Assembly: GCA_964016885.1 (NCBI GenBank)
Contig: OZ024741.1
Span: 55,118,001 to 55,182,000 of the forward strand
Length of the DNA stretch: 64,000 nt
Source: Eledone cirrhosa
Taxonomy: Eukaryota
Direction of reading: 5' to 3'
Made by a program: the position numbers and the translations under genes. The stretch's first letter is position 1. Every line of letters begins with the position of its first letter. Under the pieces are notes generated by a model. The model was given only the letters and a program-made list of their open reading frames with translations. It was not told where the DNA came from and did not search any database. Below, piece by piece: positions 41,654 to 55,789 of this stretch.

Positions 41654-44600
41654 GCTGCATTTATCTTGCTTTATGTTCATACGAGTTATCACCAAGTCAC
41701 AACCAGTGACCTCAAGAGACAACAAGGTCCGCCATGTTCAAGAAAGAACATACATACTCACACATGCATCTTTAGGTGTTTAGACTTGTGATGTACTTAT
41801 ATTGACAGAATCTTCCTTAGTATATGGGCAGTTCCCATTAGTACTATATTTTGTATTTTTCCTATACGCGGGTTTCCTGGCTTTGCGATAAGTAATCATT
41901 AGACCCCTTAGGTATCATTCCTAGAGCGTCTACAACCACTGGTATTGTTTTAGTTCTCAATTTCCACATTTTTCCAATTTCTATCTCCAGGTCCTTATAC
42001 TTGCTCAATTTTTCAAATGTTTTTATAGATACATTCTTGTCTATTGGAACGGACATATCAATTAGCAGGCATACCCTCTTTTTAAAGTCCTTCAATATTA
42101 TATCAGGTCTATTTGCATCTATTTTTCGGTCTGTTTGGATGCTAAAGTTCCACAAGATTGAGATGTGATCTTTTTCAAGTATGGGAGGTGGTTGATGCTC
42201 CCACCAATTCTTTTGATGGGGCAGATCAAAATCCTTACACATTATCCAATGTATATATTGTGCAGCTCTGTCATGCCTGTTTAGGTATTCGGTTGGGGCT
42301 ATAGGACTGCACATTGAAATTATATGGTCAATGGTCTCTGGTTGTTTTTTACATACACGGCATAATGGGCTGCATCCATTTTTTATTATGTTGGCTTGGT
42401 AATTTTTTGTTGGCAGACACTGATCTTGTGCTGATATAATCAGTCCTTCAGTCTCCGATTTCAGTCCAGAGGATGCCAACCACTGATGGGTTAAAGTTTT
42501 GTCAACATCAGGATTGTTAGCTCGTTCTGGGTATTTTCCATACAGAGGCTTTTCTTGCCATTTCTTAGCCAGTTTCTGTAGCAGTTCTTTCTTTGCAATT
42601 ACTTTTACCTGCTTTGCTTTTTCTGTGTTTCCATTTCAGCAGTAAATGGGACTTCTGAAATTTGTAGTCATTTACTGTATCTTTGTGCATCTTTTGTAAT
42701 GGAGTATGATCTTTTGATGCTTTCGTGTTTCAAAACGGTTTGATCATCCAATCATGTGATTCCCTTAGATATGTAGATAATCCAATTGTTGCAGTTTTCA
42801 ACGCAATGTCTAACTGGACTAACCCACGTCCTCCTTCTTTCCTAGGGAGATATATTCTATCTATATCTGCCTTAGGGTGATGCATTCTGTGCATGGTTAA
42901 GAATTTTCGAATTTTTGTATCGAGCCTACGGATCTCTGTGCTTGACCAGTTGATGACATTGTAACTGTAGGTTACTACCGGTATGGCAAGCGTGTTTATG
43001 GCATCGATCCTATTCCTTGCATTCAATTCCGTTCTTAAGATTGCTCTTACTCTGCGGTAACATTCCTTCCTTATCCTTTCCCTCATTGTCGAGTGCTTGA
43101 TTCCGTCTCCCTCACAAACACCTAGATATTGGTAAGTTTTTTCTTGATCAAGTTCTCTTATCACGTTCCCCCGATCAAGATTAATGTCTGAAATTTTCAG
43201 CAGCTTTCCTCTGGTGAACGTTGCTTTGGCGCATTTATCTAGTCCAAACTCCATTTTAATGTCATCACTGAACTGCTCCACAGTGGATAATAGCCCTTGC
43301 AATTGTTCATCATTTTTTGAAAATAGTTTCAGGTCATCCATGTAGAACAAGTGATTAATGGTTTTGTCATAGACTTTATATCTATGTTTTGTTTCATTGA
43401 GCATTTTATTTAATGGTATAAGTGCGATGCAGAATAAAAGCGGTGATAAAGAGTCACCCTGAAAAATTCCACAATTAATATTAGCTTCTCCAGCTTCCAG
43501 TGATTTTGTTTCACTATTCAAAAGGAGTGTCGTTTTCCATGTCTTCATACTGAATGACAAAAACCTCCTGACAACGGGAGATATTTTGAAAATCTCTAAA
43601 CATTTTTCAATCCAACTGTGTGGCAAACTATCGAATGCTTTTTTATAATCTATCCAAGCAATTGATAGATTTTTGTGTCTATTATGACAATCTTCCAGTA
43701 TCATTTTGTTAACCAAAAGCTGATCCTTACAGCCATATGAGCCTCGTTTACACCCTTTCTGCTCAATGGGAAATAGGTCATTTGTTATCAGGTGGTCATA
43801 TGTATATTCAGTTAGGACTGATGTTAAAATTTTATACATTGTAATCATGCAAGTTATCGGTCTTTAATTTTGGGGATTGTTTGTCTCATCATTCTTCGGA
43901 AGCAGGAATGTAATGCCGTTAACTAGCCATGATGGTATCTTTTCTGGCTCCTTAACTATTTCATTGTAAAGTTGGGCTAACAGCTCATGAGACTCTGTGA
44001 AAGCATTTATCCAAATTTTTTGGATTTTGTCTTTTCCTGGGGATTTCCATTTGCTGGTTTTTCTTAGAGCCAAACGCAACTGTTCAACTGTTATATTTTC
44101 CCATATTTGTTCCTCAAGGTGAGCTGTATCTTTCATTTGTCTGTCTATCCATGGGGCATGTATATTATGAACTTTTTCTTCGGCCCAGATCTTTTCCCAG
44201 AATTCTTGCACTTCCTCCTTGGGTGGTATTGATTTAGTAGTTATTGTTGACTTACCAATTTTTCTGTAGAAGTTTCTTTGGTTGCTTTTGAACATATTAT
44301 TGTCCTTATAGAATCTAGATCGTTTTTCAAAGTGCCTTATACGAGCAGCTTTGGCCGACACTTTTTGCTTGATTATTTCTATCAGCATGTCTATGTCACT
44401 TGTTGATTTTATACTGTACTTTCTTTTCAATTTTCTAAGTTTAGTTTGTTTAACATGTTCACCTACTTTATAGTTTGTTAAAATTTCTATGTCAGATCGG
44501 AGAAGGTTTATTTGGCGATTGATGTTCTCTTGCCAAGTAGATTTCTTGTGGGAATTCCTTTGTTTTTTCATCTTCACTCCACATAAGTGAGTGGTGACTT

Positions 44601-46575
44601 TAGCCGATGCACAATAGAGATGATTTAAATCAGTAATGTTTAGTTTGTTTGTGATGATAATGTTTTTGAGAATTATGTTAGTCTTGTGTATTATCTTTTG
44701 GTCCTGTTTGGAGTTCTGGATCTTAGGGAGGGTGTCTCGTTCCCCCATGTCAGATTCTTTCATTTTCATCCATTCGATCATAATTTCATCCTTCAAGTTG
44801 GCAAGTTCATTCTCATTCATTTCTTTATCATTTACGATCTCATTGTTTTCATTTGGAGTTTCATCTTGAGCATGCACTCCCTCCACTTTTTCGATCCTTT
44901 CTTTAATTTGTTCTGTTGTCAGTGATTCCGCTCCAACCCTGGGATTCGAAGTGTTACAATTTACCTCGTTTTCACTGACACATGTTTCATTTTCCCTTCG
45001 CTGACTTTGTGCTAATAGCTTGATCTGATCAATTTCTATATCAGTTAGTAACTTTTTTTTTACAATATTTCTTCGTATATTGGCTAGTTTATTACTGTCA
45101 ATATAGCCTCTGTTTTCGGGATGTTTCTTTTTCCAGTTGATATATGTCTGTTCTGTATTCGATGTATTTGATGGGTAGTACATGGCAGTGTAGAAAGCCT
45201 CAAGGACTTCTTTATTATCTTTCCTCTCTTTTTCTTTGGATTTCTTGGTGGTGAGCATGGGGGGCCAACAGTAGGAGTATTCCGGTTATGGGAGGTCTCC
45301 AGCTCCGAAGTGATGGGAAGGTTTGAACCATTAGCTGATTTTTCGACCCCAGTCTGGTTCCTCTCTGAGGGACGCGGCCCTTTTTGACCCGGGTGACGGC
45401 CGATCCGGTATGAGATTTTATCATTAGACATTTACTTTATTTTGTCGCGTTTTATCCTTATCCGCCAAGGGGTAATCATTTCGTGTTACCACTTCTAGGA
45501 CGAGTGTCAACCAAGACTAGTGGGGTCGTCCTCCCCTAGAGACACGGCTATTCCCCTCCGGCCGCCATCCCGGTATTTCTTGGTCACGGGTTTTCTTTTT
45601 TGCTGTTTTTTAAATTGTTATTATCATGAGTGGTTCCTTAATGTGAGCATTGCGTGGCTTAAGAATGAAATTATTAATAATATAATATACTTTTTGCTGA
45701 AGTTGCCTGTTATTATTGTTGGCTATGTCGGTGGTGGTACTGGGGATTTTTCTATTGTTGGTGGGGAAGGGGAGAGCCAGCAGGTCCATAGTCGTTGATG
45801 TTTGACCGGGTCACTAAGTCAATCTATTTATATCTTTGCTAGCCTCTCCCTTGTCTAGTGATACCGCCACCTTCTCCTTTCTTAAGTTAACAGAAGGTAA
45901 TGGGGGAATAGTGGTGGTAGCAATGAAGGAGTGGTGGCGGCGGTGATGGGATAGTGGTAGCAATGATGGATGGAGTGGTGGCGGCGGTGACTATAGAGAT
46001 GGCGTTGTCGTTACTGAGTTTTGTTGAATATACTGTAGTTTTGTTTGATCTGTGTATCTATGCGTTTGTCGCGTATGTTTAATATATGTATTGACATATT
46101 TCCTTAATATTAGAATTAAACATTTTGTTAAAACTTGAGACAAAAATAATAACTTGAGACAAAAGTAATTATTATTATTATGCTGGGATTGGTGGTGGTG
46201 GTGGTGGTGGTGGTGGTGAAATTGCCGTTATCTGGCTGTTGTATTTAGTGTACACAGAGGGGTGATGGGGTAGGTGGTGTATCTAGTTTCTGGTGTTGGT
46301 TAAATTGCTGTTATTTGGCTGTTCTATATAGTGTAGACAGAGGGGGTTTTCTTCCATTTATAACCATTTTCTTTTTTGAATATAAAATGTATAATACAAA
46401 ATTGAATATTTGAGCGATATAACAATATATTATGGATCCGAATTTTCTGGGACTTGAGTCCGGTACTTTACGTATCATTTGTACTAAGAATTGTTATTTC
46501 ACAATTGATTTAAATATGTTAAAAATCAAAAACTTACGGGAGCGATTTCATGACCTTCTATCCACCACGTGCGTC
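41653..46575 (-). mobile_element. R4/Dong-type retrotransposon 2, apparently full length, frameshifted
   Basis: ORF pieces 45431-45084, 45258-43864, 43848-42730 (RT: FYMDDLKL) and 42479-41862 (CRVC..ETIDHIISMC, RHD, RPDI, KLSKY restriction-like endonuclease). The 3' end abuts (TAA)n at 41600-41652. Confidence 0.92.
45850..46575 (-). repeat. 5' leader shared by Dong elements 2 and 3 (second copy 50759-51447)
   Basis: Long near-identical blocks from TTGTCTAGTGATACCGCCA to CTTCTATCCACCA.GTGCGT. Confidence 0.9.
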
Positions 46576-46610
46576 TTCTTCCCTTATTATTCTTATTATT
46601 ATTATTATTA

Positions 46611-49600
46611 CTCTTTGAGTCTCAGTCATTGATGTTAGTTAACTGGAAAGTTTGTTGAAATTAATATCAAGCCACTACCTGCAGCCTCAGATATTCAGGA
46701 CGTATCGGAGGGTTCTTGCTGTTCCCAGCAAGCATGCCTTTTGAAGCGTTCCAAAAACCGTGGCGGCGCCAATTTTCTTTAACCATCCCTGGAAACTTTT
46801 TGAGATAGTCCCTAGTGCGCCTATGACAATCGGGATCACTTTGACTTCATGGCAGTTCCAAATCCTTTTTACCTCCCACTTTAAGTCCTGGTATCGGTTA
46901 ATTTTCTCCCTCTCCTTCTCTTGCACTCTCGTGTCGAATGGGCAGGCCACATCCACAATCAGGCACGATCTTTTTTCTTTGTCCACAACCACCAGGTCAG
47001 GTCTAGTGTGTTCCAGTTTCTTGTCCGTCTGTATCCTAAAATCCCAGAGCACCTTCACCTGATCGTTTTCTATCACCGCCTCTGGCTTATGCTCATACCA
47101 CTTCTCAGAATGTGGTAAATTGTTTACTTTGCATAGGTGCCAGTGGATCACACTGCCCATCACATCATGTCTCCAGCCCTTATAGTGAGTCTGGGCTAGG
47201 TGTTTACACTCGGATACAATGTGAGCCACAGTCTCCTCTCTCTCTCCACAGATCCTGCACAGTGGGCTCGCCTCCTCCTTGTAAATATGGTGTTTCAACT
47301 ACTTCGTTTTGAGGGCCTGCTCCTGCGCAGCCATTAACATTCCTTCTGTAGCCTTTTTAAGGTCTCCTCTTTTCAACCAGTTCCATGTCTGTGGATCTCT
47401 AAATTCAGTTTTCTCAAAGAAGGTACTATGATGGGATTTTTCCTGCTCTTTCTCCTTGATGTTATTTCCTCCTTGGACATCCACTGGTCTATTGTCCTCT
47501 CCTTCAATACAGTTCTGAGCATTGGCCCCTTACTATCAGTCACGTATTTGTGTAGGTTGTTTTTCTCCATCTGAACACAGTCCTCTATGCTGATAAGACC
47601 TCTTCCACCTTCAGATCTCCTTAAGTAGAGTCTATCGACATCACTCCTCTTGTGGAACATGTTGTAGATAGTCAATAGCTTCCTAGTCTTCCTATCCATT
47701 TCTTTTTGTTCAGCAACATTCCATCTCAGAATTCCCGCACTGTACCTAATAATAGACAGAGCTCGGGAATTTACTGCACTTATGGCATTCCTACTGTTCA
47801 GATGTGACTTTAATACGCTCCTTACTCTCCGAATGTATTCAGTTCTTATCAATTCCTTCATTTTTTTGTTCTTGATGTCATCAGCCTCCATAACGCCCAA
47901 ATACTTGTATCTTTCTTCAGAGTCAATTTCCTTTATCATCTCACCTGTTGGGACCTGGATTCCGTTACTTCTGCTCAACTTACCCCTCTTCATCACAATG
48001 ACTCCACACTTACTAATACCAAATTGCATACATATATCATTGCTGAAAATACGGACAGTGTCAACAAGCACATCCAACTCCTTCTCACTCTTCCCGAAGA
48101 GCTTAAGATCGTCCATGAAGAGGAGGTGATTGATAGTAAGCCCTCCCTTTCCCAACCTGTATCCTGCTCTCACTTTTCGCAGTACACTGGTCAGGGGCAT
48201 CAGGGCAAGGACAAACAACAGAGGGGACAGATAATCTCCCTGGAAGATACCTCTCTTGATCTTCACGCTTCCCAAGGATTCTCCAGTTGATGTTAACTCT
48301 GTTTCCCAGGACTTCATACTTTTGCCCAACAACTGTCTGATGTTATCTGCCACCTTGAAGATCTCCAGGCTTTTGGTGATCCAAGAATGAGGCACCATGT
48401 CAAATGCCTTTTTGTAGTCTATCCATCCCATGGCAAGACCAGTGTGTCTCCTCTTGCAATTCATCATTACCTCTTATCAATAAGTAACTGGTCCTTTGTA
48501 CCACGTGACTTCTTTCGGCATCCTTCTGTTCGTCCGGTAACAAGTTGTTTGTGTGGAGGTGATGGTAGATTTCCTCAGACATAATGCTTGTCAACAGTTT
48601 CCATATTACGGACAGACATGTGATAGGTCTATAGTTGGTAACATCATTACCCTTGATTCGGTCTTTCATTATCAGAACTGTGGTACCTTTTGTCAACCAC
48701 TCTGGTACCTCACCTGACATCACGCAGTTATTGAACATGGTTGTCAGTTTCGGGTGGAGGGGTGTTATATTTTTAATCCAATACCCCTGCACACCATCTG
48801 GGCCTGGTGATTTCCAGTTGGTTAGTTTTTTGGCCTGCCCCTTAAGAGTTTCAACTGTGATACTCAAATCAGTTTGTTGGTGTGCCTGTTCACTAATCTC
48901 CTTCTGTACTGTCTCAATCCACACTGCCTGGTCATTATGTTTAACATCCTGCTCCCATATTCCTCTCCAGAATGTTTTAGTTTGTTCCGCCTCAGGGATC
49001 AAGTCGTTGCCTCTTTCTTTCCCTTCAAGCTGTCCAAACAGCATCTTCTGGTTGTTGTCGAACATGCGGTTCTGTCTATACTGACTGACTCTGTTCTCGT
49101 ATCGCCTGATTTTTGCACTCTTTGCTACAATGCGTTGCTTCAGTTCCTCTATGATAATATTTAGCTTTTGCCTCCTAGTTTTGTACTTTATTTCCAGTCT
49201 ATTTTTAGTGTCTATGTTTTTTAGTGTCCCATTCAGTAGGGACTCAAGCTTTCCAATGTCATTTCTCATTTCCCTGATTTGACCACTCGGCCGTTTCTTC
49301 CACCAAGGCTCTGTTCTTTCTTGTCTGTTGTTTCCTCTCGCTTTCATACCAAGTAGTTTCCTCACCGTATTTGCTGTTGCTTGGAGGATATTGTTGCACT
49401 GGTGAAGGCTCCTCGCCTCAAGGTATGGGATGACTTGGTTTACCTTAGCTGTTGTTTCTTTTAACTTTTTCCTGTCTACAAATCTTAGGTTCATAGGTCT
49501 CCCACTATCATTGTTCAATTCATCTACCACTAAGTTTAGGATATCAACCAAATCTTGTCCTAGCCCGTCAGCATTCATCTCCTCAGTGGCCGTATCTCTG

Positions 49601-51447
49601 TTCCAGGTATTATTTATCTCAGCATTCAGATCATTGTTTGCTTCGGGTGGTTCCTCCGTTCTCTCGACCTCTTCACCTTCATTTCCCACTGGCTCGTTTG
49701 CCTGGCATACTCCACTCTCCATCTCCAAGCTAATCTCTCTGCTCAGTTCCTCCAGTTCTAGCTCGCTTATCCACCCATTAGTTCTTATTACCCGAGCCTG
49801 CCCGGCCAATTTTTGTTCATCTAATTTAAATAGACCAACCTCGTTCCAGATGTTTTACATCCGTTTCCTATAGCCTTTCTCCTTGGGGTTACTCTTCGGG
49901 TAACATTGCATAACAGTTCTATTCAATTCTTTCGTCCAGTTGGTTCTGGTCCCTTTCCTTCTTCTTCTTCCTCCAACACCAGCAGTATTTGGTTGACAGC
50001 CAGGTCCCTGCTGCTGAGCCAGGGAACACCTGTTGGGTGAGAGTCTGTCACATGACATTCTAGTCTCCATTTCACCGTTATTCGAACTGTTTAGGTTCGA
50101 CATTTAAACACTCTTATCGAGGATTGGCGAATGTATGGTTACATAACCACCGGTGAATTCATCGCCTCCGGTGGTTTCGTCACTCCATGTGACTTTTGTG
50201 TGACATTATCACGCTGTAGACAAACACAAATAAACAAACAAACAAACAGGCAGAAAAAAACCAAAAAATGAATAAGCATAAGTTTCCTTGTAATGTAGTG
50301 TTTGAATGTCTGACTTAGTTTTTCCCTTCCCTTCTCTGTCCGGCTGTTTGTTTTTCTCTTCATTTTTATTTTCTTTACGTTTTTCGTTGTTGCTGTGCTG
50401 CTTTGATTTTGATTTTTGTTTTTTTTATTTTGACCGGGTCATCAATTCAGTCTATTTATATATTTTGATGCCTTCCTCTTTTAGTGGGGATTGTACAATG
50501 TAGCAGGGGGTAGCGGGAGAGAATAGCGGCGGTACCGATAATGAGGCAGTGGTGGTGGTGATGTGGTCGTATTACTGTAGTTATGGTGTTGAAGTTGGAG
50601 TAGAAATCTGAGTCGACTTGACCAGAGTTTTCATCGTGGTAGTGGTGGTGGTGTTGGTGGTGAAATTATATTTAGTTATTTAGTCACTTTGTCATTTTCC
50701 TCCTTTTCGACTCCAACATTCCTGATCCAAAATTAAATATTAATCTTGTTTATTAATATTGTCTAGTGATACCGCCATCTTCACCTTTCGTAAGTTAACA
50801 GAAGGTAATGGGGGGGGGGTAGCGGTGGTAGCAATGAAGGAGTGGTGGCAGCGGTGATGGGATAATGGTAGTAATGATGGATGGGCGGCGGTGACTGTAG
50901 TGATGGCGTTGTCGTTACTGAGTTTTGTTGAATAGACTGTATTTTGGTTGATCGGTGAATCTATGGGGTTAGTCGCGTATATATGTTGACATACATTCTT
51001 AATATTGGAATTAAACATTTTGTTAAAACTTGAGACAATAATAATAGTAATTATTATTATTATGCTGAGATTGGTGGTGGTGGTGGTGAAATTGCCGTTA
51101 TCTGGCTGTTGTGTTTAGTGTATACAGAGGGGTGATGGGGTAGGTGGTGTATCTAGTTTCTGGTGTTGGTTAAATTGCTGTTATTTGGCTGTTCTATATA
51201 GTGTAGACAGAGGGGTTTTCTTCCATTTATAACCATTTACTTTTTTGAATATAAAATGTATAATACAAAATTGAATATTTGAGCGATATAACAATATATT
51301 ATGGATCCGAATTTTTTGGGGACTCAAGCCGGCGGATGCTTTATGTATCATTTGTACTAAGAATTGTTATTTCACAATTGATTTAAATATGTTAAAAATC
51401 AAAACTTACGGGAGCGATTTCACGACCTTCTATCCACCATGTGCGTA
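46611..51447 (-). mobile_element. R4/Dong-type retrotransposon 3, apparently full length, frameshifted
   Basis: ORF pieces 50103-49855, 49809-48400, 48467-47373 (RT) and 47298-46687 (CRIC..ETVAHIVSEC, RHD, RPD, D...P, K..RY). (TAA)n at both ends (46583-46610, 51447-51470). Confidence 0.92.
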
Positions 51448-51567
51448 TTATTATTATTATTATTATTATACTCCAGATAAATTTATACCGTTGAGTGCTT
51501 GACATCTGTTATGTAATAGTCAGCTGAATATAAATCTACTAACTCTTTTTCATTGAACAATAATATT

Positions 51568-51784
<217 letters not shown>

Positions 51785-52247
51785 AGAATTTAGCTTCGAA
51801 CATAGCTGTATACAAATATGTATTTTAATTTTGTATTTCTAAAGAAATACGGTAGGTTTATAAATAAACATTTAGGAAGCTAAAGCTATGAATAACACAC
51901 TGGAAGCTAACGCCACAAGGCGGTATCTAGTAGAAGCAAGGGGGACAATCGTCGATGCATTTCGAAATCAACTGGTTTTCGTCAAGACGATCTCTCCCGC
52001 TCTTGCAACTGCCGGACTTTGAAAATAGGCGACAATATATAGTTTCTTCTCTGTGAAAATTAGGTGATTAATCTCACCTGCATATGAAGCTGTGCAATTT
52101 GGCTCAACTTATAGTAGAATTAGAATTAGAATTTATCCTCGAACATAGCTGTATACAAATATGTATTTGAATTTCGTATTTCAAAAGCTGTAAATTTATA
52201 AACATACCGTATCTCTTTAGAAATACAAAATTCAAATTCACAGCCTT

Positions 52248-52346
<99 letters not shown>

Positions 52347-53314
52347 AAAGGCTGTGAATGAGAAAGCGTTTCTCCAGACGTAATGCTTAATGTATAAGAT
52401 GAATTTTTCATTGGGAGATCAAAAAACGAGTAAAGAAAGGCGAAGTATAGGAGTGAAATATATAGTAGCAATAAAACATTCGTTCTATTCAGCTATAATT
52501 TCAAATTGAGGGCCCTTGAAATACATGAAGGCTAAGTTAACAGATCCAGGAGAAACAGAATTTACTCCTTTGAAAATAAAACAAAACAAAGTGCTAATTC
52601 TTCTATGACTAAAATCTCCCTGTGGCTATTGGAATTCCAAGAATAAGATGTTTACATTTTACTCTCTTTTTAGGAAAGAGCTACTTACATGTTTGAAAAA
52701 CCATCCTAATGATCTCTCCAGCTGATGGATTCACTGTGACTGACACCATCTTTCAAACCTCTGAATTTATTACTTGATCTCTTAATGGGTACACTTCAAC
52801 TATCCAATTCTTCGCTCATCAAACAATTATTTCTTGCAAGCAATAACCATTCACCAATATTAGAGGGAAGAGTTGTCACTCTTGTATTGTCTCTTTCCTT
52901 CCTTCCTTCCTTCCTTCCTTCCTTCCTTCCTTCTTTCTCTCACAGATTATTTCCCACAATTTCCTATAAAATATTAAACAGATATCATCATCATCCGGCG
53001 GCCTCAGCCTAAATGGACACAACAATTGATCTCCACGTGGGTCTGCCGTTCATTCCCGTTGCCAAGTCCTGGATTTCAATACCAACATTTCTGCCCCCTA
53101 TTATTAGTGACTGCTTGTGGTTTCCAAAGCACTAATGGAGACACAGCCTTATAGGCAGATATATGGTACACATGTCACGCCTGAATAATATATATATAAC
53201 AAATACCAAGACGAAATTCCGAAGTGAGCTCCATAAGAAAAGTTACAGAAGATCGCGTATAGAGCAAAAGCAGAAATTATTTACTTAAATTTTAATCTGT
53301 ACTGATAATAATAA

Positions 53315-53384
<70 letters not shown>

Positions 53385-53638
53385 TACAGATAAGTGTATA
53401 TATATATATTTAATTATTTATTTATTTATAATTATACTACGTACACACACACACGTACAATTTTTAATTATTTTGTATTAGCATGAGGCAATGCAATCTA
53501 TGTACTGATGTCTGCCGAAGATATCACCAGACATAATAAGTATCATGTCTATTGCTGTAATATTATTTTTCCCTAATTTCAAACATCTCGTAGTGCCACA
53601 CCACAGATTGTATCAGCCTTCACCAATTAGGAAACTAA

Positions 53639-53737
<99 letters not shown>

Positions 53738-54419
53738 GAGAGAGAGAGAGAGAGGGGGGAAGAGGGGATATGGGTGCTACAGGCAACATGTAACCCAGTA
53801 TAACCTGTGCATGGTCGGGTCGTCGGCAACTAAACCAGCATCTCCACGAAACTTGCTTGGTGATTAGCGTGATTCTTGGACACCATACGGTATGAAAAAT
53901 AAAACTCGCAAGGGGGCGGAGAAGCTCTTGAGAGTCAATGGCCGTCCAATACTAAGGTGTGTTGTCACTAGGTCGGTAGCAAACTTATACACCATTCCTT
54001 AATTATCAACATTTCTAAAAAATGTGGCTGGTCCAACACAAGCCTTCACCATTATAAACAATTCCTTTATCTGGGTATCTCAATAAGTCTACCAATTCTG
54101 TATATTTGATATTCCACCATTATCACAAAACCCACTAATGAGTGAGCAAAAGTGACGGGGACATGTAAAGGGTATTACAGGAAGTCCTTAGCTGGAACAG
54201 TGTCGACCACCTGGTGTTGGCCGTTCATGCACAAAATATGAGCAATTTGTGCAGTTCGTGTCCTCTGATCGTGATAAAGCAGGTCTTTTTAGATATAGCA
54301 CTGCTTTCCCTAAATAGGTAGGGGGAAGTAAAAGGAACCCTAAACAAATGATTGTTTAATCTATTAACTTATCAGTCAACCGCGGCAGTCTGATTATCCA
54401 AATTTGCAGTCGAAACAAA

Positions 54420-55725
54420 ACAAATCATTTAACTTATGATTCCTGGAATGTTAGAACATTCCAGGATAGCAGCTCAAATCTGGAGTGAAGATCAGCCTTC
54501 ATCTGCAATGCACTCAACAGATATAACATTGACATCTGTGCCATAAGTGAAACCCGACACCCTGGCATCTCCTAAATGGAAGAAGTGGGAGAAAGGTGCA
54601 CAGTCTTCTGGTCCGGAAGAAGTAGGAGAAAGGTGCACAGTCTTCTGGTCCGGAAGAAGTGGGAGAAAGGTGCACAGTCTTCTGGTCCGGAAGAAGTAGG
54701 AGAAAGGTGCACAGTCTTCTGGCCCGGAAGAAGTAGGAGAAAGGTGCACAGTCTTCTGGCCCTGAAGAATAGGAGAAAGGTGCACAGTCTTCTGGCCCGG
54801 AAGAAGTAGGAGAAAGGTGCACAGTCTTCTGGCCCGGAAGAAGTAGGAGAAAGGTGCACAGTCTTCTGGCCCGGAAGAAGTAGGAGAAAGGTGCACAGTC
54901 TTCTGGCCCGGAAGAAGTAGGAGAAAGGTGCACAGTCTTCTGGCCCGGAAGAAGTAGGAGAAAGGTGCACAGTCTTCTGGCCCGGAAGAAGTAGGAGAAA
55001 GGTGCACAGTCTTCTGGTCCGGAAAAAGGAGGAGAAAGGTGCACAGTCTTCTGGCCCGGAAGAAGTAGGAGAAAGGTGCACAGTCTTCTGGCCCGGAAGA
55101 AGTAGGAGAAAGGTGCACAGTCTTCTGGTCCGGAAAAAGGAGGAGAAAGGTGCACAGTCTTCTGGCCCGGAAGAAGTAGGAGAAAGGTGCACAGTCTTCT
55201 GGCCCGGAAGAAGTAGGAGAAAGGTGCACAGTCTTCTGGCCCGGAAGAAGTAGGAGAAAGGTGCACAGTCTTCTGGTCCGGAAAAAGGAGGAGAAAGGTG
55301 CACAGTCTTCTGGCCCGGAAGAAGTAGGAGAAAGGTGCACAGTCTTCTGGCCCGGAAGAAGTAGGAGAAAGGTGCACAGTCTTCTGGCCCGGAAGATGTA
55401 GGAGAAAGGTGCACAGTCTTCTGGCCCGGAAGAAGTAGGAGAAAGGTGCACAGTCTTCTGGTCCGGAAAAAGGAGGAGAAAGGTGCACAGTCTTCTGGTC
55501 CGGAAGAAGTAGGAGAAAGGTGCACAGTCTTCTGGTCCGGAATAAGTAGGAGAAAGGTGCACAGTCTTCTGGCCCGGAAGAAGTAGAAGAAAGGTGCACA
55601 GTCTTCTGGCCCGGAAGAAGTAGGAGAAAGGTGCACAGTCTTCTGGTCCGGAAAAAGGAGGAGAAAGGTGCACAGTCTTCTGGCCCGGAAGATGTAAAGA
55701 AAACCGCCGTCAGTATAGGGTTGAA
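54420..55725 (+). pseudogene. RTE-clade LINE APE endonuclease N-terminus, decayed and interrupted by a minisatellite
   Basis: My translation: LTYDSWNVRTFQD..E*RSAFICNALNRYNIDICAISETR....*MEEVGERCTVFWSGR. This matches the RTE pattern WNVRT / RYNIDI.ALSETR / EEVG.GYTFFWSG. ~53770-54420 may be its 5' UTR. Confidence 0.8.
54578..55692 (+). repeat. 37-bp minisatellite, ~30 copies
   Basis: Unit GGAAGAAGTAGGAGAAAGGTGCACAGTCTTCTGGCCC, a few recurring variants, one 1-bp deletion, no spacers. Confidence 0.97.
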
Positions 55726-55789
55726 GGAAAGAAGTGAGTAGATAGGCTAATAACGGGGATTTCTAGTAAATGAGTAAGGCGATAAACGA

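Noticed and set aside
41600-46610. Dong element 2 nested inside Dong fragment 1
   Set aside because: The missing 5' part of fragment 1 does not resume after element 2; element 3 is a separate complete paralog.
54578-55692. CRISPR-like 37-bp repeats and 350-390-aa ORFs on the minus strand
   Set aside because: Units are contiguous with no spacers and no cas genes are present. The ORFs are stop-free readings of the repeat.
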